The notes under the pieces were generated by a model. It did not search any database. It saw only the letters and a program-made list of their open reading frames with translations, and had not been told where the DNA came from. The translations under genes were made by a program, and so were the position numbers. DNA of 64,000 nucleotides from Antechinus flavipes (lineage: Eukaryota), in assembly GCF_016432865.1 (NCBI RefSeq), contig NC_067399.1, positions 463,512,001-463,576,000 of the forward strand, written 5' to 3'. Of this stretch, positions 27,300-37,530 are shown one piece after another (within the stretch, counting starts at the first letter, position 1; the number at the start of each line of letters is the position of its first letter).

Positions 27300-27850
27300 A
27301 TAAAGACTCCTTTGTGGCCTGAAAGTTTGATATGAGTCAACAGTGTGACGCAGCTGGTATCCCAGCTAATTCCGTCTCCGGCAGCAGCAATAAGAGCATA
27401 TTGTCCTAGAGAAGGGAAGGGACAGCATTTCTGTCATCCGCCTCGGTCGGGCTCCCTCTGAAATTCTGTGTTTGGTTCTAGGATGTTGACAAGGTAGCCA
27501 GAGCAGGAAGACAAGGTGCTGATTCAAAGCCATGTCACCTGTGAAGGGACCGGGGATGCTCGGACTGGGGCAGAGAAGACTTGGGGGACACGGGGACACA
27601 CGGCACCTATTTTCAGAGCTGTCTCAGGGAACTGGGACTATCGGGCCTGGTCTTTGTGCTGCAGCAGGCCACGCTAGGACCACGGCCGGGGGAGGTTGGA
27701 AAGAGGCAGGCTTTGTTTGGCTCAGTTTAAGAATGGACGCCCTAACAGTACTAACTGAGCAGTGGTGTGGAACCAGGCTGTCTCCTAAGGTAGTGAGCTC
27801 TCTGTCCCCGGAGGTGCCGAGGCAGACACCGGATGGCTCCATCAGCAGCT
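27300..27850 (+). mobile_element. L3/CR1 LINE 3' fragment (RT C-terminus to 3' end), unusually CpG-rich
   Basis: Colinear with the L3 consensus as I recall it: atatgagtcaacagtgtga, aaagccatgtca, ggggatg, gagaagact, ctaggacca, aggtagtgagctc, ggaggtg. Confidence 0.75.
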
Positions 27851-30574
27851 TTAACAGTTGGCGTGCGTGCCGTGAGTGGGAGGTGGGAATTCTCTCTCAG
27901 AGAAAATGGAATTCCGAGCTGTGTGTAAGTCAGTGTTAAACCTTCTCCCTGAAGGTGACCGTCCGCTGTCGGGGAGCTCAGGGAAGAGAAGTTCATTTCA
28001 CTAAGACTGGCCTGAGAAAAATAAAATTAGAGAAAAGTCCTATCTTGCACTATAAAGCCAAATAGACTGGCGTGGGGATTCTCCGTGGTCTAGCATTATC
28101 TCTGCCATTATGTGCAGATTGATAGAAATTTGATTGTGCCTGTACCTGTAACTAGCCCTTACAGAAAAAGAGACTGGACTAGATGGAAGGTTGGTAGAAT
28201 GCTGTCTGTAAAGGCCAGTCTCTTCCTGGAATCAGGACAATGGATTACTTGTTAGGAAAAAAAAAAAATTAAAGGCATACAGTACAAGGCATCTTAAAAG
28301 CATAGAGATTTCTGTTGGTCAAAGGACTGATGCCCCAGCCAATTACTGTATTTCCTTGGGGGGGGGCGGGAAGCTAAGCTTTCCCTTCCAAGGAATAAAA
28401 AGTAAGTTACAGACAGAAAAGGGATCTGTCTGTCTTGTCATCATTCGGGGCTGGGGACAGACCTTGCTGGAATTTTATTAAATACAAATATATTTTAAGA
28501 ACCTACTGTGGGGTCAGCTCTGGGCTTAGTTTTGGAACTCTCATGGAAAAGATATAAGTAGGAAACATGCCCTCATGGAACTTACAATTTTTTTTTTTTT
28601 TTTGGAGGAATCAAGAAGGGAGGGATAACAACATATATTCACCTAAGTATAATTTTTGGTAATTTGTAATGGAGTAAAGCCAGATCTTTTTTTCAGGGTA
28701 AGAAATCAAGGAAAGTTTCATGGAGGAAGTGGTACTTTGAATTTACCCTTAAAAAAGAGAAGTGTTTCAGTGGACCAGAAGGGAGTATTTTCTGGGCATG
28801 AGAAATGCCTTGCATAAATACACAGTGGCCCAAGAGAGCAGGATGAGAGCACCTTACAGGTTAATAGTACCGTCTCTACCAGAATGTAGATGATAGGAGC
28901 TTTGCTGGCCTGGGAACTGGCCTCCCTGGTGCAGAGTCCAGTTGGGGCAGTATCAGTAGGCAAGATCCATTGAGTCTTTCTCATCTCTGAATCTCATGAT
29001 CTTTTTTCATTTCCCCAGATTTCCAAGTTGTAGAATTTTGGTTTTGGAGTCAGGGAGCCTAGGAACAAATCTCATCTTTGACACTAATTTCCTATGTCCT
29101 ATCTCACGTAACCCCTCTGCACTTTGGTTTCCTTGCCTATAAAAAAGTAAGGAGGTGAAATAAATAGTCATATCTAAGGTCCTTTCCAGCTCTGGCTGTC
29201 ATACTATGTTCCTCTGAATCCTGACCCACAGGATCATATAGAAGCAATATGTCAAAGGGCTTTGTAAATTGTGAAAGCATGTATAAATGTCATCAGTCTT
29301 CTCTGGGGGCTAATCCATTCTTCTTTTAGGTCCCATTCTCATGTTATTTCCTAGACTTGACTCTTTGGAAGCCATATAAGGCCCAAGAATATGTTCTTAT
29401 GGTAGGACTCAGACAGGAACAAGTCTGAAAAATGCTTTCATTGCTTGAGGAGCAAATAATAGAGTGATATGATGGGAAGAACATTGGGTCTGGAGTCAAA
29501 AGACCTGTTTTTCAAATTTCAGATCAGTAGAGTAGCTATGTCATTTTGAATAAATTATTTAATCTTTCTAAACTTTGATTTCTTCATATAACAGGAAAAA
29601 TAATAATAGCATATATTTTATGACACATCAAGATTTACAGAAGGCTTTATGTGTGCTATTTTCTTTGATCCCTGCTAAGTAGATACTTCAAATGATAATG
29701 TCCATTTTACAGATAAGTACATTGAGGCTCAGAGATTAATGGCTTGCTTTGAGGACAATGGAGGATTATGTGTGTTATGAATTTAAAAGTATCAATTTTA
29801 GAGTTCTGGCTTTCTGAGTAGCCACATGACTTCTTACCCCAACTGGGAATTGCCTAAAGACCTATAATGGCATAGAGTTATCACTTTAGTGAACTGACCT
29901 CTGGGTTCCTTCCAGCTCTGCGGTTACAGGATTCTAAACTATAAATCCTCTTACTATTGTAAAAGAACACAAAATTCAGAGAGGAAGGGGGGGCTAATGG
30001 CAGTCCAGGAGCCTCGGTTATAATCCTGGCTCTCCCACACACTCCTCTGGGTGATGACTTCCCCTCCCTGACCCTTATTTCTACACTGGTAAAGAAAGGA
30101 CACTAGTGGAGGGGCCATGTTGTGATGGCAAGAACATTGGATACAGAACCAGGAGACACAGGTCTGAGTCTTGGCTGGGCCACTGACTTGAAATGTCAAC
30201 AAGTCAGAATTTTTAGAGCAGCCGGGAATCTTAGCAATCATCTGGTCCAGCTTCCTCATTTCACAGATGGCTCAGGGAGACAGAGGGATTTCACGCTGCC
30301 ACTGGTGGCCCCTTGTAGGTTCAACTGGAGCAGACGAGGAGGGTCGTTACTCTTGGGTATCCTGCCAGAGCCCGGTTTAGCTTATAGGGTCATGATCTGA
30401 AAGGATCCAAGTAAACTCGGGCCATCTGATCCGACCTCCTCATATTTATATGTGAGCAAAATGAGACCCGCTTAAGGCCCCTTTCCCAAGAGCACATAAA
30501 TAGGAGGCAGGAGAGGGGCTCTGCGAGCCAGTGCTTGTTCCACTGAGATGATGGCCACTGATATCTGAGCTCAG

Positions 30575-30745
30575 CAATCCCGGCCAGTTCCATATCAGGG
30601 AGAATTTTAGATCCATGGAATGGGCTAGATCAGGAGGTAATGAGTTCCCCATCACTGGGGGCTTTCAAGTAGAGGCTGAATGACCACTTGTCAGAGGTAC
30701 TGTAGACCAGATAACCCCTGTAATTCCTTTTAGCTTTAGGATTTT
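30575..30745 (+). mobile_element. L3/MIR3-type 3' end
   Basis: aggtaatgagttccccatcactgggggctttcaagtagaggctgaatgaccacttgtcag. Confidence 0.75.
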
Positions 30746-31184
30746 ATGATTAATGTGATGCAGAGCCCCCTGCTCAGTTTGTCTCCTCATTAGTGGGCCA
30801 AGGGCAGCTTGGTGGCTGGGCGTGCGTCACTGCAGGCCTCGGAGACAAGGACAGCCCATCCAGCTTTTTCTCTGGCCTTGACAGGTTGTGCTAATAAGTC
30901 CAGATTAATTAGAGGAGCCAAGCATATGATGGCTAAATCGCCTGCCAGCCAGGACCCTGCCTGTGGCTGCCTCAGCCAGTGGGACTGTTTGCCCCTTTGG
31001 ATCCCAGAGCCAGAATTTCTACCTTCCCTGATCCTCTGGGGAATATACGCCCCTTTTGCCTTTTCCTTCTTGTAGAAAAAGAGAGCAGACAGTAGGCAGA
31101 AATTTCAAGGTCAGCAGGAGTGACTGAACTCGAGAGTTCTGGATTCTAGTCCTGGATTGTTCTATTAACTCTTAGCTCTGTGAG

Positions 31185-31415
31185 GGAGCTAGGTGGTGCA
31201 ATGGAGAAAGCACCCAGACCTGGAGTGAAGGAGTTTAAATCCTGGCTCAGACATTTACTAGCTATATAATCCCAGGCAAGTCACTTAACCCTGTTTGCCT
31301 CAGTTTCCTCATCTGTAAAATGAGCTGGAAAAGAAAAACGGCTCCAGTATCTTTGCTGAGAAAATCCTAAATAGGGCTGTGAAGAGGCCTACATGCCTAA
31401 CTGACTAAACAACAC
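31185..31415 (+). mobile_element. MAR1-type SINE
   Basis: gcagctag-like head, core gcaagtcacttaaccctgtttgcctcagtttcctcatctgtaaaatgagctgga, and tail ccagtatctttgctgagaaaatcc. Confidence 0.8.
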
Positions 31416-32712
31416 TAACTATGACATTGAGCAAGTTAGTTTTGTAACAAAATAATGATAACAGCTAATATTTTTATGATATTTATCTGCCAGGCACTGT
31501 TATTCTAAAGTTATTCTAAGAACTTTACAAATGTTTGTCTCATTTGATCTTCACAAAAACCCTGGAAGGTAGGTGCTATTATTCCTATTTTAAATAGAAT
31601 TTAAGTGACTTATGTAGGATTACATAGATAGTGTCTGAGGTTGGATTTGAACTCCAACCTTCTTGAGTTCTTTGGGCTTAGTCCTTTTCTCTGGAATCTC
31701 AGGTCTGGCACTATCCACTAACTATCTCTGTCTTTAGATTTGTTTCTTTCTTTGTAAAATGAAAGTGTAGAAAAAATGTTAATGCTACTGTGGAAGAGTC
31801 GGAACTCTGCAATCGGAGGACCTGCCTTCAGATTTCTTCTGTGACATTTTTTTGTCTTTGTGACCTTAGGCCTAAGTTTACTTATCCATTAATTAAATGA
31901 GGAGGTTGGACTAGATGGTCTCTCAAGTCCTAAGTTGAATTTATGGTAGAGTCTCTTCCAGCTCTACCATTCTGTATGCTAGGGTCCCCTCCAGCTCTGA
32001 CGTCTATAATTCCAGGAGCCCAGTGTTGGGGTGTTCATGACTTGCCTGCCTAGAGCAGAGTTTGTGTGCACAATTTTCCTTGGGTAAAGTGAATTGAGAA
32101 TGTGGAAGGCCCTAAATCTAGTCTGAGGCATTTGAATTGAAAGGTGGTTGACTATGAATAGCTATGGAGGGTGTTGGAGCAGGGGAATGTCCTGATTTGA
32201 GCTGTCCTTTTGAAGAGTTAATCTGGTGACCCTTTGTAGGCATTATCACAGAGATCAGGATCGTTTAGGAATCTGTGAAAGGACTTGGTGGTATAAAGAT
32301 TAACAGGTGTTTGAGAGAGAGTTCAAAAGAAGCAGCAGGACTAAGTGAGTGTTTGGCAAGAACTTGCTTATGGGTGTCACAGTACTAAAACAGATTTTCA
32401 GATTATGTCCCTGCCCTGTTCTTACCATTTTTGACAAACTGACATGCATGAAAAGTTGGACAGAAGATAAGTTAAAAACAATAAATCAAAAGGGATTTCT
32501 ATCATTTGCATAGCAGGGGAGCTACAAGTCCCCTTGTCTGAGCAGGGTGAAGGATGTGACCAGCTTTCTGATTGGATCTGGAAGACTTCTTCTAGGAGGT
32601 AGACTTTGAGGCAGCAATAATATATATATTTTTTTTTTTTAAGGAAGTATTTATGTCTTCCAGAATTACCTTCTCTTGATGTTTCATGGTTCTTGAATGT
32701 ACTATATGTGAC

Positions 32713-32750
32713 ATACACACACACACACACACACACATACATATATATAG
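32713..32750. repeat. (CA)n(TA)n microsatellite
   Basis: acatacacacacacacacacacacacatacatatatatag. Confidence 0.9.
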
Positions 32751-32948
32751 TTTCTCCTTATTAGAATGTACTTAAGGGCAGAGTTTTTTTTTTTTTTCTT
32801 TTTATTTGTATAACAGTACCCAACACATAGTAATCCCTTAATAAATACTTATTGATTAAGGAGAGGATGGAGATGGAAGTGAAAAACACAGTTAGAGGAG
32901 TTCCAGATACTGACAGGATTGATTAAGACAAAGCGCCAGCAGTCTCTA

Positions 32949-33139
32949 CAGGAGTCCTCAAACTTTTTAAATAGGGGGCCAGTTCACTGTCCCTCAGACT
33001 GTTGGAGGGCCGGACTATAGTAAAAACAAAAACTTTGTTTTGGGGCCTTTAAATAAAGAAACTTCATAGCCCTGGGTGAGGGGGATAATCGTCCTCAGCT
33101 GCTGCATCTGGCCCTCGGGCTGTAGTTTGAGGACCCCTG
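32949..33139 (+). mobile_element. Non-autonomous hAT (OC1/OposCharlie1-type) MITE, 191 bp, copy 1
   Basis: TIRs CAGGAGTCCTCAAACT and AGTTTGAGGACCCCTG (1 mismatch). The internal sequence is colinear with copy 2. The family call is from recollection of OC1 ends. No clean 8-bp TSD (left AGTCTCTA, right CAGCCTAG). Confidence 0.85.
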
Positions 33140-33519
33140 CAGCCTAGCCAATTTTGTAGGGCTTTAAGGAGGAGCTGGGCTTTTAAAAGCCTGTGTGTGT
33201 GATGTGTACTTGGTTGGGAAGGGAGCAGACGGGAATTGCCCAGCTCCTGGGTGGTTTGGGCTCTCCTCATTCTATAGGCTTAGGGTGCTCAATTTGTTAG
33301 CCTAGAGAGGCTGGGAGCAATGGCGCATCTTCAGTGTTTTATATTAAAGAAGATCCTTTCCAAATGCTATTCTTTTTGACGATTATATAACCTAGATCTG
33401 TAATTTTTTGAAAGGATGGAGGAAGAGAACATAGACTTGTTCATTACAGCTCTGTATCCAGCTCTGAGAGGGTCAGACACCATCGATGGGGGAATGGAGA
33501 GGAAGAGGAGAAGTAGCTG

Positions 33520-35200
33520 GGTCCGGTTTTGTTCTCACACCCACCCCTCCTGGCCGAGCTCAGGAACAATAAGCACCGGGCCTAAGCGAGCGAGCCAGTT
33601 CCCAGCCCGCCAGCTGACCTCGGCCCAGAGGTGGCAGCCGGGCTGGGGAAAGTGGGAAAGGAAGTAGCTGGACACAATGGGCGCCGGGCAGTGCAGGAAG
33701 GCCCGCTCCGGGTCAGGTGGGAAGGAGCCATGGCTGGGCAGTGGGGAAGAGTCTGCTGTTTGTGATAGAGAGCTGCAGCAGGGGCCAGAAGACAGCTTCC
33801 ATCCTGATTTTGCCGTTACTTGGCAGTGTGACTTTGGGCAGGTCATCTGCAGGCTCTGACTTCAGGTTCCCCATCCGCTGAGTGCGTAGATTGAACTAGG
33901 TCGTCTCTAGGCTTCCTGCCCCTTCTGACATATGCTCAAGCTTCCTTTCCAGCAGAGCCGCGGGGAGGAGGGCCTTGTAGGCACGAGCAGTCGCTCGAGG
34001 GGAGGTGTTGGAGGTGCTGGTGTTCGCCGGTGGGGACCTGGAGCAGAGTCACAGGAGACAGGGCTGCTGAGGCGCTTGGCGGCAGCTGATAGAAGGCTTT
34101 GAGTGCCAGGCAGAAGAGTCTGGACTTGCCTCAGGAGGCCGTCTCAGAGCCACAGAAATCCTTGAGCCAGCTCTGTGTCTCTGTGGGGAGGACTGGTCCG
34201 GCATCCGGGAGGGGATGGATCCGAGTGGGGATGGGAAGACCCTGGCCAGTAGCTATGAGGAGCTGTTCCAGGGCGAGGGCAGCGAGAGCCAGGAGATGTT
34301 CCCAAGGGAAGACCTGAGTGAGAACGCTGGGAGGTGAGCACTGAGACCTGTCCCACCCCTCCTCCCCAGGCCAGCGAGATGGGTTACTTCCCTCGCCCGT
34401 CTCCCTTGGGTGTTTGGCGGGAAGGCTGGTTGAGGTCTGTCAGGGGGTGCTTTTAAGAGTGAGACCCTGTTCATGGCCCCTTGGGGCAGTTTTTGGGGGG
34501 TTAGAGAATGGACCGTGACAGTTTGGGGGGTTAGCTGGCTAAGATCTGGAACTGTCAAGAAGCTTGAGAAGTTTTTTTTTTAATGTTGATTTTTGGAACT
34601 GAGGGTGGAAAAGATACCTACAAAAACTGTGAAGGGGGGGGGGTTATGTTTTTGTTGGGGGTGGGATAGGGACTGCTGCCGCAGCTGTGTGTCCGTGGCA
34701 GGGTGGGTAGAATGTGAGCGTATATAACTGTGTGTCTGTGGGATGGGCAGGTGGCGGTGTATGTTTGAGCCTGTGTATCTGCGATGTATATTCATGAGTC
34801 TAGAGGGCATCATCCTGTGCATGTGCATCCGTGTACGTGTGTGTCCTGCACAGTGGCGAGAAGCAGCAGCTGTCAGAGCCCCTTGCCTGGGAATTGCTGC
34901 CTCTCCTACCCAGCTACAGAAGCAGCCAATGGTGGGGCTGGAGCTGAGCTGGGCTGGGAGTGGATTGTGGGCTCTGCCTAGCAGCCAGGAGCTGCTCAAG
35001 CGAGAGAAAGGGACAGTGAGAGGAGGAGGGAAGGAGGAGGGGAGGAAGTCCGAAGGCCCCCTGAGCCGGAGCCCGCATCTGCCCAAAGGCGGGAACTTGG
35101 CCACTAGGGCAGGTCCCGGGTGTTAGAGGCTGAGGAAGGAGACGAGGAAGGGGGACCTGAGTTGGATACAATTTAGACGGGTTGGCGGCAGGACCTAGTA
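33520..35200. promoter_or_regulatory. CpG-enriched, repeat-poor region; probable second internal promoter/enhancer
   Basis: Many intact CpGs and few recognisable transposon fragments over about 1.7 kb. Contains the candidate exon at 34215-34333. Confidence 0.55.
34215..34333 (+). CDS. Candidate alternative first coding exon of DAB2IP (MDPSGDGKTLASSYEELFQGEGSESQEMFPREDLSENAG-R)
   Basis: ATG in good context (gggATGG), GC3-rich gene-like codons and a strong donor GAG|gtgagc at 34334. Its phase 2 matches the acceptor at 44376 (AG+A gives Arg). No transcript evidence is available here. Confidence 0.5.
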
Positions 35201-36719
35201 AAGAAGGTCTTTTTTGAGGGGAAGGGGGAAGGTTTGTTTTAAAGCCATTGTTGGAGAAACAGAAATGGGCAAGAAATGGGGTCTGAAGACTTGCTTTGGA
35301 AGATGCTAAGTAAGGGAAGAACCACACCTCGGCTCAGGGAACTCCTCCCTCCCCCCCCAAATCTGTGTGATGTTACGACAAGAACAACAGATCAGATTTT
35401 AGGGAAAGGTTTTGGTTCTCCACCTCCTTCATAATATTACAGATTTGTATTGGGGGACTGCAGGATGTAAAGCTGAAAGGGATGGTAAAAGACAGAATTT
35501 TAGAGCTGGAGAGGGAACATAGAGGAAAGCAAGGACTTTTATATTGGGAAGGAGCAGGGAGGTTCCTCAAGACATAGAATGTTTGAACCTAACTACAATG
35601 ATAAAACAATGTGAAACCATCCGGAAGGAATGAAGCATTAAATATTAAAAAATAAAATGCAGGAAGACCTGGGAGGGACCTTGGAACCAACAAAGCCCTC
35701 TAACCAGTGGGCGCCCCCGCTTCTGGGGCTGCTTACTGCTCTAGAGAAATGATTTGAGAGAGCTGTGGGAGAGGGGAGGAGGGGGTCCTCTCCTCTTGGA
35801 GATGTCATGGCAGAGGGAGAAAGAGGGTCCTCTCCTCTTTAAAGTTGTCATGGCAGAGGCTGGAATTTCAGTCCTGAAAGCCATCTCTGGAGGGGCTCAG
35901 GTAAGGCACTTCTGTTAATAGGAAGATTCTGGAACACTTGACTTCCAAGGGGGCCGGGGTCTGCCAGCCCTTCTGAGACCCAGACAGAGGTAGGCCTCCC
36001 AAATAGGGTGTCTCATTGTGTTCTCTTAGGCGGGTAGAGTGTTTCAAGGTCAATGATGATCTGGATGAAGCTGAGTTTCTCTCATTGAGATGCTTATTTG
36101 AAGCTCTTAGACAAGTGATGGGAGGGGATAGGGACTGAGTAGGGAAGCAGTTACATGCAAATGTTGCTGCTCAGCTTGAATTTGGGGAAATATTTGACAT
36201 GAGAAACAATGTGTTGTGGCAGGAAAAAGTATTAGGTGGAGATTTTGAAGACCAGAATTCTCCATGATTCTCAAAGGGTCACCTCAGCCATGTTTCTGGG
36301 GCGTTTTCTCCTTTTTAAATGGAAGTAATGATACTTACCCTCCCTCTGCCATGCAATGGCAGTCCTAGGATTGTAGATTTAGAGGTGGAAGAGAACATAT
36401 GGATCCTCTAGTCTAACTCTGGAGCAAATGTAGAGAGATTAAATGACCTCCTCAGGAAAGAACAAGTAATAAGTAATGGACAGCATTTTTTTGAACCCAA
36501 ATCTTCTGACCTCAAACCCAGGGCTTTCTCTACACCTTTATTCTCTTCTTTTGTGCGATTCTAGATTTCAGTAATCCCTTATTGATAGCTTGTTAGTTTC
36601 CATATGATAGCCACTTGGCTGCGATAGAGAGAGGATCAGTAGTGAAGGCACGCGGTTAAACACAATGGCTTCCAGCCCCAAACTTAGCCCGACTGCTAGT
36701 GCCCTTAGACAATCTAGTT

Positions 36720-36909
36720 CAGGGGTCCTCAAACTTTTTAAATAGGGGCCAGTTCACTGTCCCTCAAGACTGTTGGAGGGCCGGACTACAGTAAAAACAA
36801 AAACGTTGCTTTGTGGGCTTTTAAATAAACTTCCTAGCCCTGGGTGAGGGGGATAACCTTCCTCAGCTGCTGCATCTGGCCCGCGGGCTACGTAGTTTGA
36901 GGACCCCTG
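36720..36909 (+). mobile_element. Non-autonomous hAT (OC1-type) MITE, 190 bp, copy 2
   Basis: Perfect 16-bp TIRs CAGGGGTCCTCAAACT and AGTTTGAGGACCCCTG; roughly 90% identical to copy 1 by eye. Flanks ATCTAGTT and GTGGGAAG do not form a TSD. Confidence 0.88.
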
Positions 36910-36967
36910 GTGGGAAGATTCCTTTTTTCTCTGAAGCACAGAGTCTCTGTCCCTGCCTAAGTAATTT

Positions 36968-37104
36968 TTTTTTTTTTGGGGGGGGGAAGGAGGCAACCAG
37001 GACTAAGCCATTTGCTCTGAGTCACCCAGTCTGAGGCTCCATTTGAACTCAGATCCTTCTGACTCAGGGCTGGTGCTCTAGCCGGTGTGCAAGCAGCTGC
37101 CCTG
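36968..37104 (-). mobile_element. WSINE1-type SINE, reverse orientation, with 14-bp TSD (1 mismatch)
   Basis: Reverse-complement SINE head (tttgaactcag...gggctggtgctcta...gcagctgccc) and a T-rich tail. TSD tgcctaagtaattt at 36954-36967 and tgccaaagtaattt at 37105-37118. Confidence 0.75.
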
Positions 37105-37384
37105 TGCCAAAGTAATTTAATGGAGTAGTGATGTCATAAAGGTCTCCCAGTTGGGACATCTTGACTTTCTGACCCAGTCTTTTACTTATCCAGTTAACAC
37201 CTGGGTTGAATCTGAGCCCCAATTCCTCTAATTAAATTCAGTTTCACTTTATTAAGCACCTGCTATGGGCAAGAGTATGTGTTCCTCTGTAAAATGGAAA
37301 TACTACTTGGGGAGTGAAAGGGGATGATACCTCTTTCACAAAGTGGTTGTATCAGATAAGAGAGCATAACTAAAAGTGGCTGGT

Positions 37385-37530
37385 GAAGAGAGCACCAGGT
37401 CTTGAGTTAGGAAGCTCCGAGTTCAAATGCAGCCTCAGACATAAGCTGTGTGACTCTGGACTAGTCACTTAACCTCTGCCTCAGTTTCCTCATCTGTAAA
37501 ATGGAGGTAATAAAAGCATCTACCTCCCAG
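37385..37530 (+). mobile_element. MIR CORE-SINE, representative of dozens of MIR/MIR3 fragments in the window (e.g. near 7060, 7790, 39190, 44590, 52620, 61330)
   Basis: gagttcaaatgcagcctcagac...agtcacttaacctctgcctcagtttcctcatctgtaaaatgga...atctacctcccaggg (MIR core). Confidence 0.8.

Noticed and set aside
34068-34070. Selenocysteine or readthrough at the in-frame TGA
   Set aside because: There is no in-frame ATG upstream, no SECIS-like evidence, and DAB2IP is not a known selenoprotein.
34580-35327. 127-174 aa ORFs on both strands
   Set aside because: GC-rich and GT-repeat-rich regulatory-type DNA with no domain; the only phase-compatible donor (GG|GTGTTA) is poor.
32949-36909. Composite transposon that captured the promoter
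   Set aside because: The outer flanks (AGTCTCTA and GTGGGAAG) are not a TSD, and the enclosed DNA looks like native intron with old repeats.
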